Below are positions 1-9,736 of a DNA stretch of 64,000 bases, piece after piece (within the stretch, counting starts at the first letter, position 1; each line of letters starts with the position of its first letter). Source of the DNA: a virus (lineage: Duplodnaviria; Caudoviricetes). The position numbers and the translations under genes are program-made. A model generated the notes under the pieces. It was not told the DNA's origin and searched no databases. It saw only the letters and a list, made by a program, of their open reading frames with translations. Location: IMG/VR virus record IMGVR_UViG_3300026121_000002, positions 1,894-65,893 of that record. One strand, 5' to 3'.

Positions 1-138
1 CACACCCGCGGCATCCATGCGGTCGAGTGCGACGCGCAGGCAGGTGGACTTGCCCGTGCCGGGACCGCCGGTGAGGATCGCGAAGGGCGCGGTGCAGACG
101 AGCTCGACGGCGCGCTGCTGGCTTGGATCAAGTTCCAA
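1..138 (-). CDS. RecD-like SF1B helicase motor domain, N-terminal part (gene runs off the window start)
   Basis: Not in the ORF track. Manual translation from TTG at 138 (AGGAGG 5 nt upstream) gives LELDPSQQRAVELVCTAPFAILTGGPGTGKSTCL..., a Q motif plus RecD-type Walker A. Confidence 0.85.
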   Translation of the reverse strand, partial: MELDPSQQRAVELVCTAPFAILTGGPGTGKSTCLRVALDRMDAAGV

Positions 139-421
139 GGCAGCCTCCTACAAGCATCTGCACGTGAATGCGACTCTCGACGAAGGTCCACAGGCGCCAG
201 GCGCGGTCGGCGATATCTCGGTCCAAGAGGGCTTCTACATGCCCTCGCGCCTCCCCGATCGCGACGCCCGCGTAGAAGATGTTGAGGCGGCTCGGTTCGG
301 ACTCGGCATGCATGCGCGCATAAAACAGGCAGCGCGCAATCGAGCCGACGTGGAAGGCGTCGGACGGATCGGCAATAGAGCGATCGAGATCGAACCCTGT
401 ACTGGTCAGATGGTACGTCAC
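128..421 (-). CDS. hypothetical protein between the two RecD2 halves
   Basis: 97-aa ORF overlapping both neighbours; no motif recognised. Confidence 0.55.
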   Translation of the reverse strand: MTYHLTSTGFDLDRSIADPSDAFHVGSIARCLFYARMHAESEPSRLNIFYAGVAIGEARGHVEALLDRDIADRAWRLWTFVESRIHVQMLVGGCLGT

Positions 422-1335
422 GCCGCCCTCCCGGCGCGCTGCGCACGCATCGCGAATACCTTGGCGAGCCGGCCTTCCGCCTCCGCGAGCTCGGGCAGGT
501 AGATTCTGGCCTCAAGCCGGACCAGCTTTTCGCGCTCGAGCAGCGTTTCCAGCGCGCGGCGCACCGCGGCCTCGTCCGTGATGCGACAAATCTTCGTGGT
601 GACGACGGCGACCAGCTTGCCCTGGGACCAGTAACAGTGGCCTTGCGCGCGTGCCTCGCCCATGGCGTGAAGCAGCGCCGCCTGCAATCTCGGCGGCGAG
701 TCCATCTTCATGCCCATCTTTCGCGCGACCTGGTCCGCACGGACCCAGCCGAAGCCGTCGACGCACTCCATCAGCTCGTACGGATTGGCACTCATGCGCT
801 CTTCGGCGTCGTTGCCCCATTCCGTCGTGACGCGCGCGATCTGACCATCTGTCAGGCCCCAAGTCCGCAAGCGCACCAGCCGGTCGCGGTCACCCTTGTG
901 CTCGTGGTAGGCGGCGAGGATCTCCTGGGCGCGCGGCTCGGTGATGCCATCGACCACGCACAGCGCGGCAGTGTCACCGGCGTCGAGCAGCTTCCAGAGC
1001 GGGTCCACGCCGAAGCGCTCGACCAGCTGCTCCGCACGGCGGCGCGAGATCTGCGGGAGCTTGCCCGCCAGCCAGCCGACGACTCCGCTCACGTCGCTCG
1101 GGAGCAGCACCGTGCACGCGCTGAACTTGTACTGTCGGCCGTGCTTGGGATGGTCCATGAAGACGCCGACCAGCTCGACCGTGTCGCCTTCGGCGGCGCC
1201 GACAAGCTTGCCGACGATCGTGACGTCGCCTGCGTCGTGCTGGGTGCGAACGAGACCGACGCCCCAGAAGTCCGTTCCTCGGACCGTGAAGCTACGGAGC
1301 TCGCCTTTGATTGTCTCGCCCATGGGCATCCTCAA
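418..1335 (-). CDS. RecD2/TraA-like helicase N-terminal region (OB-fold and HhH), lacking the motor domain
   Basis: HPKHGRQYKF, VDGI, NPYELMECVDGFGWVRADQVA and GHCY are typical RecD2 N-terminal motifs; the ORF stops before Walker A. Confidence 0.85.
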   Translation of the reverse strand: MRMPMGETIKGELRSFTVRGTDFWGVGLVRTQHDAGDVTIVGKLVGAAEGDTVELVGVFMDHPKHGRQYKFSACTVLLPSDVSGVVGWLAGKLPQISRRRAEQLVERFGVDPLWKLLDAGDTAALCVVDGITEPRAQEILAAYHEHKGDRDRLVRLRTWGLTDGQIARVTTEWGNDAEERMSANPYELMECVDGFGWVRADQVARKMGMKMDSPPRLQAALLHAMGEARAQGHCYWSQGKLVAVVTTKICRITDEAAVRRALETLLEREKLVRLEARIYLPELAEAEGRLAKVFAMRAQRAGRAA

Positions 1336-1516
1336 CGGTGGGTCCTACCTGCTCAGTTGCCGGTCTTTCCCGGCTGTCAGCATCGAGGCGCGACCCTGCT
1401 GCAACAGCGTCGTTCCCTTTGGAGTCTCAGTTCGCTGAGTTGGGGCATGACTCCCGTCAGCGCTGAGTCTCCCCGGCATCGATGCGATGCCGTTCGGCCG
1501 GGGAAGCCGAAACCCT

Positions 1517-2398
1517 CTACCCCGCGAAGTCGTCTGCGCGGAGCGCTTCGCCCTGGGTCTCGACGGCGCCGCCCTCACCGACCTGCGTCTCCTTCTTCTC
1601 GGCCGCGCGCGTGACGTCGTCGGCCATCTCGCGGAAGCCCTTGGCCTGCTCGGAGAGCTGCAGCAGGAGATCCCGTGAGAGCACGTCGCCGCGCTCCAGG
1701 ATCGGCACCGCGAACTGCCCGCCCTTGTCCGCTTCGAGCCGGATGCGGACCGAGAACGCGAACAGCGGGACGTCCACCATCTTGCGGGTCTTGGGGTCCT
1801 GGCGACGCTTGATGTGGTGCTTCTGCAGGTGGGCCTTGAAAGGCTGCAGCGACGTCTTCTTGAAGCGGATCATGAACGGGCTGGTCGGGTTGCCGTCGCC
1901 GTCGAGCTCGACGCCGATCACCCCGTAGACCGGCGCGCAGTTGCGGACGTTCTTACCCTTGTCGTCCTTGTGCCACAGCGCATCGGGGCAGGTCGCGCAC
2001 GGGCGCACCGTGCCAGCGGGCTGGCCAGTATCTGGATGCTGCGCGCGCAGGGTGCCCGTCTCGCGGTCGTAGCTGGTGCAGACGCGAACGGTCTCCTGCT
2101 TGTCGTTGTCGAAGAATGCGTAGTCGTTCGTCTTGTGCAGCGTGACGAAGACACAGTGCAGCTCGCGCGTGGTCTGCTCGGTCAGCGTGTCGAAGAATTC
2201 ATCCACCTGGAACAGCCCCTTCCCGTCGGGCCGCTTGCTGCGCATGTTCCAGACTTTGGTACTGAATCGGAGATCGTCTGCATCGATCTCTTCCATGCCA
2301 GTGACTTCGAACTCGAGCTCATCGAGCACGGCCAACCCACCGGCCTCGTCTTGCGGCGATGCGAGCGCCAGTGCGCTCTGATCCTTACTCTTTGCCAT
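1517..2398 (-). CDS. putative phage ssDNA-binding/annealing protein with Cys cluster
   Basis: CTSYD...CATCP...NC cysteines, acidic C-terminus ending DDFAG, position between nuclease and helicase. Confidence 0.5.
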   Translation of the reverse strand: MAKSKDQSALALASPQDEAGGLAVLDELEFEVTGMEEIDADDLRFSTKVWNMRSKRPDGKGLFQVDEFFDTLTEQTTRELHCVFVTLHKTNDYAFFDNDKQETVRVCTSYDRETGTLRAQHPDTGQPAGTVRPCATCPDALWHKDDKGKNVRNCAPVYGVIGVELDGDGNPTSPFMIRFKKTSLQPFKAHLQKHHIKRRQDPKTRKMVDVPLFAFSVRIRLEADKGGQFAVPILERGDVLSRDLLLQLSEQAKGFREMADDVTRAAEKKETQVGEGGAVETQGEALRADDFAG

Positions 2399-2416
2399 GT
2401 GTCTATTCCCCCCTGT

Positions 2417-3709
2417 TCAGTCGTTGACGCTGAGCTCTTCGGACCCCAGGTCGATGTCTCGCAGTGCCGAGTTCAGCTCTTTCGCCGCATCCCCCGCGAG
2501 CGAATATCCGTCGGTCAAGCACGGCCCCTTGTAGGGGCAGCGGTTGCACTTCTCGCTGATGGCAGGCACGAACTTGCCGAAGCGCACCCAGCCGACGACG
2601 GTGCGCAGCATCTTGTCGAGCCGCGTGATGTCGTCGGCGGTTCGCTGCACGCGCATCCATGCGCCGCCGCGCGCCATGCCCTTGTCGTAGTTGATCTTGG
2701 CGCCGGCCTGGAGCTGCGCGTTCATCACGCGCGACCAGTGCTCGACATCCTCGGGGCGCTCGATGGTCTTCGTGCCCTTGCGCTCGTAGGGAACGTAGTC
2801 CGCGAGGTGCGTCTGGTAGATCGCCTCGGGGAACTGCCCGAAGACGCGCACGCCCTCGGGCAGCGGCTCGTCGCGCACGTACCGGCGCGCGATGCCGCGT
2901 AGCGCGATGTGCATCGCCTCGCGGTCGTTGTAGGCGAGGCCAAGCCGGATCGCATCCTCGTAGTCGAGCGGCACGCCCACTGGACCGACGAGCGCGGCAG
3001 CCTCGCGCCACGCGGCGAGGACGTCGGTGGGCAGGAACAGACCACGCTCGAGCGCGAGTGAGTAGAAGCCGCCCTCGTAGCCGTGGTCGAGCTCGATCTG
3101 ATGCGGCTTCGAGGCGCCCGTCTTCCAGTCGGTGAGCGCGAGCGCCTCGGGGTTCGCGGAGGGCCGGTACACCAGGTCGACGTGCCCCTCGATGAACAGG
3201 TCCCCGAGCTGCGCGATGAGCCCCGCCTCGACCAGTTCGACCTTGGCGACGTGCCGGTGCAGGTCGCGAAACAGCCCCTCGCACATCCACGACACGTCCT
3301 CGTGCACGCCCTCGTAGTCCGCCTTGCCGTACCAGGCGACCTGCTGGTCGCCACACGCGCGGCGGAACTCCTCGGTGACCACACGGCGCACGGTGTCGAT
3401 GGAGGGAACGCGCGCGCCCGAGAGCAGTCCCGCGAGGACCTCCTCGTTGCGCAGCGCGCGCGCAATCGTCTCGTGGCCAGCAGTGCCGAACTCGGTCTTG
3501 CCGGAGAGGACCTCGCGCTGCTCGCCGGAGCGCTCGCGCAGGCGGTCGCGACGGAACTGTTCTGTGCAAGAGAACTCGCCGAGCAACGTCGAGACGTGGC
3601 TCTTGTGGACCGGGTCTTCGAGGGTGCCGTACTTGCGGTAGTCCCAGCGCGGCGTGAGCACCTTCGCCCGGTCATCCGGCGCGAGCGGAAGCTTGCGGAC
3701 GGTACTCAT
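2417..3709 (-). CDS. PD-(D/E)XK exonuclease (AddB/Cas4-like)
   Basis: GTAGH, GHVDLVY, LTDWKTG and C-terminal CNRCPYKGPC. Confidence 0.85.
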   Translation of the reverse strand: MSTVRKLPLAPDDRAKVLTPRWDYRKYGTLEDPVHKSHVSTLLGEFSCTEQFRRDRLRERSGEQREVLSGKTEFGTAGHETIARALRNEEVLAGLLSGARVPSIDTVRRVVTEEFRRACGDQQVAWYGKADYEGVHEDVSWMCEGLFRDLHRHVAKVELVEAGLIAQLGDLFIEGHVDLVYRPSANPEALALTDWKTGASKPHQIELDHGYEGGFYSLALERGLFLPTDVLAAWREAAALVGPVGVPLDYEDAIRLGLAYNDREAMHIALRGIARRYVRDEPLPEGVRVFGQFPEAIYQTHLADYVPYERKGTKTIERPEDVEHWSRVMNAQLQAGAKINYDKGMARGGAWMRVQRTADDITRLDKMLRTVVGWVRFGKFVPAISEKCNRCPYKGPCLTDGYSLAGDAAKELNSALRDIDLGSEELSVND

Positions 3710-4086
3710 CGGGACGCCTCAAGTTGCTCGGCGTTTATGCTCTCGAGCTCGGCGATGGCGCGGTCACAGCTGGCACGTGCGGCCTCCGCGGTCGGGCACG
3801 TGCCGAGCTGCTCCACTTGACTTGGTCCGCCGAGCGTGGGCGTCCAGACCCGGATAGCGTGCCAGCTTCCTCCCATTTCGAAGACGCTGAACAGACCGTG
3901 CACATCGTGCTCCCGCTGATAGGTCTCCGTGTGCCAGGGGTCCTGACTTTTCTTGACGTCCACGGACTCCAGCACCGTGCGCATGACGCGCATGCTGGAG
4001 GCGGTGGGGCTCAGCGAGCGAGCGTAGTCTTTCTGGCCAAACCAGAGGGCGAGCGCATCGCGGACCTGGTCGTCGCTGACGATCAC
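3706..4086 (-). CDS. small hypothetical early protein
   Basis: GTG start overlapping the upstream stop; N-terminal SDDQVRDAL motif shared with ORFs ending at 63081 and 63851. Confidence 0.55.
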   Translation of the reverse strand: MIVSDDQVRDALALWFGQKDYARSLSPTASSMRVMRTVLESVDVKKSQDPWHTETYQREHDVHGLFSVFEMGGSWHAIRVWTPTLGGPSQVEQLGTCPTAEAARASCDRAIAELESINAEQLEASR

Positions 4087-4298
4087 GACATCCTCCGCTC
4101 TCGCATACTCAGATCGAGCAGACTCGCGATGTGCGGCGGAGCCTTGCCTCCGTGAGCAAGTCCGATCGCGACCTGGCAGGCCGCCCACTTCGAGACGTAC
4201 CAGTCGGCGCGCCCGTCGAAGAAGACGCGCCACAGGCCGTTCCGGTGCATGACATCGGCGCGGCCATGCTTGCCCGCGAAATGAATCCCCTGGCTCAT
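4083..4298 (-). CDS. hypothetical protein
   Basis: Translationally coupled on both sides within the leftward operon. Confidence 0.5.
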   Translation of the reverse strand: MSQGIHFAGKHGRADVMHRNGLWRVFFDGRADWYVSKWAACQVAIGLAHGGKAPPHIASLLDLSMRERRMS

Positions 4299-4519
4299 GA
4301 CAAGGCCTCAGGAGTCGCAAGGCGCTCTCGCGACGCGAGCAGATCGAGCGCGTTGCATGCGACGTTCGCGGCTTCGCAGTACCCGCAAATGACGCCCAGC
4401 GCGGTGCGCATCCGCTGGTGCGTGAGCTCGCCGCCTTCCTTCAGGCCGGCGATCTCGGCCGCGATGGCGTCGAGCTGGTCCGTGAGCTCGACCTCCAAGA
4501 TGGTCCTCGTCATGTTCAC
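4295..4519 (-). CDS. hypothetical protein
   Basis: Coupled ORF with GGGGA ribosome-binding site. Confidence 0.5.
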   Translation of the reverse strand: MNMTRTILEVELTDQLDAIAAEIAGLKEGGELTHQRMRTALGVICGYCEAANVACNALDLLASRERLATPEALS

Positions 4520-4838
4520 AGTTCCCCCTTGTCCAGGCCGAGCAGCGCCAGCGCTTCCGGTCGGAGTTCGCCGCGCGTGGCGGCATCGGCTTCGTGGTCA
4601 GGGGGGGACGTGTCGTTGTCGCGCAGCTCGGCCACCAGGTCGCGCTCGCAGTGCGCGCAGATGGGGCCGCTCAGGGGCGCGAGATCGGTGACGTCGACGA
4701 GCTTGTCGACGGCGAGGCGCACGCTGCAGTGGGCGCACGGGCGCTGCTCAAGCTCCGAGAGAATCAGGTCGGCGCGGCGCAGCTCGCTGAGAGCGGACAA
4801 GCGTTGTGCTGGAACGACGTGGGTCACACCGCAAGGAT

Positions 4839-4906
4839 AGACACTCAGTGTCCAGGCGACGAAGCACAATCGTCAGACTTCGTTCGCACGAAGACGTTTT
4901 TCGTCT
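4839..4906. promoter_or_regulatory. two putative repressor operators (OL-like)
   Basis: AGACA-CTCAG-TGTCC at 4839-4853 and AGACG-TTTTT-CGTCT at 4892-4906, matching the palindrome found three times between cI and cro. Confidence 0.65.
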
Positions 4907-5199
4907 AGGCGTTTTTGGTGACTCTGCCGCCCGCCAAGCGATCCGTCTTTTGGAGAACATATCTGCCGGTCATCAACCTGCAGCTCCGCTTGCGCGCTCA
5001 GACACGGTTCGCCTTGGCTCGGCGCCGCCATGCTCGTTCGATGAGCAGTCGGATCTGGTGCACGCGGTCTTCACCCGTGACGAGCTCCGCCAGCGGTTCG
5101 CATCCGAGCGCGGCAATGAGCGCCTTGCGTGTCCGCGCTCGCGCACTGCGCCCACGTGGAGACTGCAAGTAACGGTACAAAAGAGTCAACCGAACGGAG

Positions 5200-5679
5200 T
5201 TATGCGCCGCTGTCCCCATCAGTCGGTTGTTGCCTGGCTCGCAACCAGACCTCAAGCATAACTCTCCACTCGTCGAGGTCTTTCACCGTAGGGTGCGAGA
5301 CAATATCCGGCCACGGCATCTTCCGAAGGACGATCGCTGCAGCCGCCTCGACTGGACGCGACCGCAGATACTCGTCCACCTCGGGCAAGTTCGGCAGCGT
5401 GGTTTCCTCTCCGCTTTCAAGCCAGACCACGGTGCGGCCGACCAGCGCGGCGATCCTTTCGATGATTTGCCGGTCATTGTCACGAGGAAGATTGTCGCCG
5501 TCCTCCCACCGCTGCAGACGTCGCACTTGCACACCGACTGCTGCCGCGAAGTCTGGACGCTTCTTGAAGCCGGCTTCCTCGCGAGATCCGCGCACACGTG
5601 CGCCAAATCCCTGCTTATAGGGTGTCCGCTTCTTCTTCGACGCACCGCTCGCAGGGCGCTTCTTGGGCGGCTTAGACAT
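5200..5679 (-). CDS. CI-like XRE helix-turn-helix repressor
   Basis: FGARVRGSREEAG...FAAAVGVQVRRLQRWEDG HTH, divergent from a Cro-like gene; no S24 peptidase domain seen. Confidence 0.75.
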   Translation of the reverse strand: MSKPPKKRPASGASKKKRTPYKQGFGARVRGSREEAGFKKRPDFAAAVGVQVRRLQRWEDGDNLPRDNDRQIIERIAALVGRTVVWLESGEETTLPNLPEVDEYLRSRPVEAAAAIVLRKMPWPDIVSHPTVKDLDEWRVMLEVWLRARQQPTDGDSGA

Positions 5680-5798
5680 GAACTGTCTGCTGTCTAACAC
5701 GCGCCTCTAAGCGCCGAAAATGGTCAGCTTTCACGCTGATTTGGCGGTCCTCGCAGGCTAGGCACTAAATGTCTTTGCTGGCAGGACAAGATGTGTCT
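5674..5798. promoter_or_regulatory. three putative operators (OR-like) in the cI/cro divergent region
   Basis: AGACA-TGAAC-TGTCT at 5674-5688, AGGCA-CTAAA-TGTCT at 5760-5774, GGACA-AGATG-TGTCT at 5784-5798. Confidence 0.7.
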
Positions 5799-6030
5799 TA
5801 CCCTCGAAGAGATGGCGTTCTCTGAACTAGGAGCCCGACTGCGGCAAGCGCGCGAGCAGAAGGGGCTCACGCGGCAGTACGTCGCGAAGAATGTCGGCAT
5901 CAGCGTGCGCACGTTCGACCGGTGGGAGCGCGGCGACTTCGAGCCGTCGCTCAAGAAGCTCGCGCGGTTGGCGGAGCTCTACGGCACCTCGATCGGGTGG
6001 CTCATCGTCGGCGAGACCAACGCCGCCTGA
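5791..6030 (+). CDS. Cro-like XRE regulator (start may be ATG 5812)
   Basis: LGARLRQAREQKGLTRQYVAKNVGISVRTFDRWERGDFEPS is a canonical HTH_3. Confidence 0.85.
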   Translation: MCLTLEEMAFSELGARLRQAREQKGLTRQYVAKNVGISVRTFDRWERGDFEPSLKKLARLAELYGTSIGWLIVGETNAA

Positions 6031-6766
6031 CGTTTCTCAACATGCGCAACGGGGCAACACGGAAGCCGGGGGGCAACACCGTGACTCAGCGACTCGTCCA
6101 AACCTCAACTCCGTGCGCTCACGCAGCAAGCTTGCCCGCTTGCTGTGAGCGCGCTTTTGTCAGCGGCCTGCAGGCGCGTGGCGACTCACCTCCCGGGAGC
6201 GCGCCGCCTGCGGGTCGTTGCTTTTCCATCGCGAGCTCGCGCCATGGTTGACGTGCGCAGCGGCATCGCGCCCGGCGACACGGTGGTGATCGTCGATCGC
6301 GCCGGGCAGCTCGTGCGCTTTCGCGGTCGCGCGCTGCGCGGCATCGTCCTCTCGATCGCGTTCGGGGATCACTTTCGCATCCTCTGCGGCGCCGATGCGA
6401 TGGCCACCGTCTCGCTCGTGCGCAGTGGACGACAAGCTTCGATCAGGCTCGACTGTCTGCGCCGGTGTCCGCAGCTCGCTTATGTGCGGCCGCAAGAGCT
6501 GTCCCGGCGAGGCGCCCAATGACGCAGCGGGACGACACCCTCACAACCGAGGGCACGTTGCAGCTGCCTCGCGCATCCACCGTCCCCAAGGACGCGGCGT
6601 TCACGCTGATGGACTGCATCTGGTTCGGGCTCGCGCTCGGCATCGCGCTCAACGGCAGTCTGCTGGTGGTGCTGATGGAGCGCGCGCTCGCGTCCCTCGA
6701 GGCGATCGAACGCGCCGAGCTTCGAGAGCAGGAGCGTTCGACAGTCCGGACGCCGGAGACGCGCCC

Positions 6767-7240
6767 ATGATGCTACCCGTCCCCGGCATCGCGACGAAGG
6801 TGGCCGCGCGCATCCGCGAGTTGCGGCTCGATGCCGAGATGACCCAGACCGAGCTCGCGCGCCGAGTCGGAATCCATCGGCCGGTTCTGAGCCGCATCGA
6901 GAGCGGCAAGCACCTGGTCGACTTTGGAACGGTGGCGCGCATCGCCGCCGCGCTCGAGCTCGACCTGGGGACGGTGCTGGTCTGTCTCGATGACGAGTGG
7001 TGTACCGCCGCCAAGGAGGCCCGTATGAAGGCACGAAATGTCGTCCTGAGTGTGGTCGTAACCGTCGACGAAACGGGCGACTACCACGGCAGCGCCATGA
7101 TCGGCGAGGTCGCGCTCGTCACCGGGCCGTGGACCACCGTGGACGCGCTTTTGCACCACGTCGGGCGCGCGTTCGCCGAGCGCAAGCATCAGTCCGACAC
7201 CGAACACCACGACGCCGATGCGCGCACGTGGGTCGTTTGA
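6767..7240 (+). CDS. XRE-family HTH protein
   Basis: RIRELRLDAEMTQTELARRVGIHRPVLSRIESG; ATG overlaps the upstream stop. Confidence 0.8.
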   Translation: MMLPVPGIATKVAARIRELRLDAEMTQTELARRVGIHRPVLSRIESGKHLVDFGTVARIAAALELDLGTVLVCLDDEWCTAAKEARMKARNVVLSVVVTVDETGDYHGSAMIGEVALVTGPWTTVDALLHHVGRAFAERKHQSDTEHHDADARTWVV

Positions 7241-7258
7241 AAGAGAGAGAGCCCACGA

Positions 7259-9736
7259 GTGGTTGGTGCGTTGTCAGAGAATGAGCTGGGCTTGACCGGC
7301 GAGCAGTTCGAGGAGCTCATCAAAGGCTCTGCGATCTCGCTGGATGTGATCAAGCGGGCACGTCTGTACTCGGAGGCGGATGCGCGCGCAGCGACCAAGC
7401 TCCTCGGTCGCGCGCCGAAGTACTGGGAAGGCCATCTTCCCTGCCTCGTCTACCCGTACTACCTACCCTTTCATCGCGATCCCGTGCGCTACCGCGGCAA
7501 GCCCTCTAAGCCGTTCGAGACGCAGCGCGATGACGGATCGATCAGCCTGCAGAAATACGTCGAGCCAAAGAGCTCACCAGTGCATCTGTACTTCGGCGCG
7601 TCCCTCCTCGAGGGTCGCGCGCTGAAGGACGCCGCGGTCCCGCTCTGGCTCACGGAAGGCGAGAAGAAGTGCCTGTCGGCCGAGAGCCACGGGCTCGCTT
7701 GCCTCGCTGTCTCGGGGGTCCACCAGTGGCATGAGAAGGGCGTCAAGACGCTCCATCCCGACTTCGCGCATATCGCGCTCGAAGGTCGGGAGATCATGCT
7801 CGCGTTCGACCGCGACGCGCTCTCGAACCGCCAGGTGCGCGACCAAGAGATCGCGCTCGGCCGCGCACTGATGGGAGCCGGCGCTCGGGTGTTCGTCGTG
7901 CGCTTCCCCGAGGACGCGCCCAAGCTCGATGACTTCCTCGCACGACACGAGCGAACCGAGCTCGGCGCGCTGGTGGAGGATGCAAAGAAGCGTGGCGAGG
8001 TCGCCAAGGAGACGCACGTCTCCGGCGCACCGGCGCCCGCCACCGAGCTGACCGATCTCGCGAATGCGGAGCGCTTCGCGCGCTTACACAGCGAGGAGCT
8101 CCGATACTGTGAGCAGACCGCGACCTGGTACGCCTGGACCGGCAAGCGCTGGGAGCGCGACCAGACGCAGATCGTCGTGCGGCGCGCGATGGCGACCGTG
8201 CGCAGCATCTACCCCGAAGCGGACGCGGTCGGCGACGAGGACCTGCGTAATGCCATGCGTGCGCACGCGCGCCGCTCGGAAAGCTCGGGACGCATCGCCG
8301 CGATCACCAAGCTTGCGGGGGCGCTGCGCTCACTCGCGATCAGTCATGAGCAGTTCGACGCCGACCCGTGGCTGCTCAACTGCGAGAACGGGACGATCGA
8401 TTTGCGGACCGGCGAGCTGCTTGAGCACAGGCGCGATCGCTTCTGCACCAAGCTCGCGCCGGTGCACTTCGACCCGGCCGCGCGACACGAACGTTGGGAT
8501 AAGTTCCTCGAACACGTGACCGACGGAAGTGCGGAAGTCCGGGATTTCCTCGCACGCGCGGTCGGCTACTCGCTGACCGGCGACACGCGCGAGGACCGCT
8601 TCTTCTTCATCTACGGGCCGCCTGGCCGGGGCAAGAGCACGTTCGTCGGCGCCGTCGAGGCAGCGCTTGGAGAATACGCACGCGTCGCCGATATCGCGAC
8701 GTTCCTTGCCTCTCCGCACGGCAGTGGTGGTGACCGCCCGCGGCCCGACCTGGTACGACTCGCGGGTTCACGCATCTGCGTGTGCAAGGAGATCGATGCC
8801 GGCGCTCGGCTTGCGGAGGGCCTCGTTAAGACGATCTCCGGGGGCGATGTCATCACGGTCCGCGACCTGCACAGCAAGCCGCTCGAGATCCGCCCGTCCT
8901 TCAAGCTCTGGCTGGTCGCCAACGACCCGCCCACGATCCGCAGCGACGATGCGGGCATGTGGCGTCGCGTGGTACGCGTCCCCTTCACGCGGCCCGTCGA
9001 CAAGCCCGAGCAGGGCTTCCGCGAAGCGCTCATCGGGGAGCCCGAGCTGCGCACCGCGGTGCTGGCCTGGGCGGTGCACGGGGTGCGTGCGTGGCTCGAC
9101 GGCGGCCTCCAGATTCCGCCGGAGGTCCTCGACTCCACCGCCGAGTACCGCGCCGAGATGGATCCCGCCGGCGAGTTCTTCGAGCGTCACTGCGTCTTCG
9201 AGGAAGAGGCGCGCTGCGCGCGAAAGGAACTGCGCAAGACCTACGAGGATTGGTGCAAGGAAGATGGGCACGCCCCGCTCGGCGCTCGGCGCTTTTCGGC
9301 GGCGCTGCGCGAGCGGGTTCGCGAGCTCGGGTTCGATGAAGGGCGGCTTGATGTGTGCGTCCGGCTCGACAACCGTGTGGTGGATGGCTGGCGCTATGTT
9401 CGCTTGTTGAATGATTACGAGCGCTCCGTCGAGCGCGCAGGCCGAGCGTGGGGCAGCCGACCCAAGGTCCACGAAAACTCGGCCGTAGGGGACATAGGGA
9501 GCGCAGGGAGTTCAAAAGTATTTCCCCCACATTCGCGCGCGCCATTAGAGGGGACTTCTACTGCTAGCCAATACCCTAGTCACTACAGTCCCTACGGTCC
9601 CTACAAAGTAGAAAATGAACAGTTAGATCAAGGATCTAACTGTAGTGATTTTTGTAGTGACTGTAGGGAGGAAGAGAAAAAGGGAGAGGAAGAAGGCTCC
9701 AACTCCTGTGAGGGAGGCCAGAAATGGCTTCTCTGA
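7259..9736 (+). CDS. primase-helicase (DUF3854/TOPRIM-like domain plus D5/P4-family SF3 helicase)
   Basis: LTEGEKK and LAFDRD (TOPRIM); LNCENGTIDLRTGELL, YGPPGRGKST, KTISGGD and GMWRRV (P4/D5 helicase). Confidence 0.92.
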   Translation: MVGALSENELGLTGEQFEELIKGSAISLDVIKRARLYSEADARAATKLLGRAPKYWEGHLPCLVYPYYLPFHRDPVRYRGKPSKPFETQRDDGSISLQKYVEPKSSPVHLYFGASLLEGRALKDAAVPLWLTEGEKKCLSAESHGLACLAVSGVHQWHEKGVKTLHPDFAHIALEGREIMLAFDRDALSNRQVRDQEIALGRALMGAGARVFVVRFPEDAPKLDDFLARHERTELGALVEDAKKRGEVAKETHVSGAPAPATELTDLANAERFARLHSEELRYCEQTATWYAWTGKRWERDQTQIVVRRAMATVRSIYPEADAVGDEDLRNAMRAHARRSESSGRIAAITKLAGALRSLAISHEQFDADPWLLNCENGTIDLRTGELLEHRRDRFCTKLAPVHFDPAARHERWDKFLEHVTDGSAEVRDFLARAVGYSLTGDTREDRFFFIYGPPGRGKSTFVGAVEAALGEYARVADIATFLASPHGSGGDRPRPDLVRLAGSRICVCKEIDAGARLAEGLVKTISGGDVITVRDLHSKPLEIRPSFKLWLVANDPPTIRSDDAGMWRRVVRVPFTRPVDKPEQGFREALIGEPELRTAVLAWAVHGVRAWLDGGLQIPPEVLDSTAEYRAEMDPAGEFFERHCVFEEEARCARKELRKTYEDWCKEDGHAPLGARRFSAALRERVRELGFDEGRLDVCVRLDNRVVDGWRYVRLLNDYERSVERAGRAWGSRPKVHENSAVGDIGSAGSSKVFPPHSRAPLEGTSTASQYPSHYSPYGPYKVENEQLDQGSNCSDFCSDCREEEKKGEEEGSNSCEGGQKWLL
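9484..9670. repeat. iteron-like repeats plus palindrome, putative replication origin in the primase 3' end
   Basis: About 9-bp (T/C)GTAG(G/T)GA-type repeats in both orientations around the perfect inverted repeat ACAGTTAGATC-AAG-GATCTAACTGT (9619-9643); locally AT-rich. Confidence 0.6.

Noticed and set aside
2417-3709. Cas4 as an adaptation gene for the RAMP locus
   Set aside because: It lies in an ordinary recombination module with SSB-like and RecD2 genes, far from the array. PD-(D/E)XK nucleases of this kind are common in phages.
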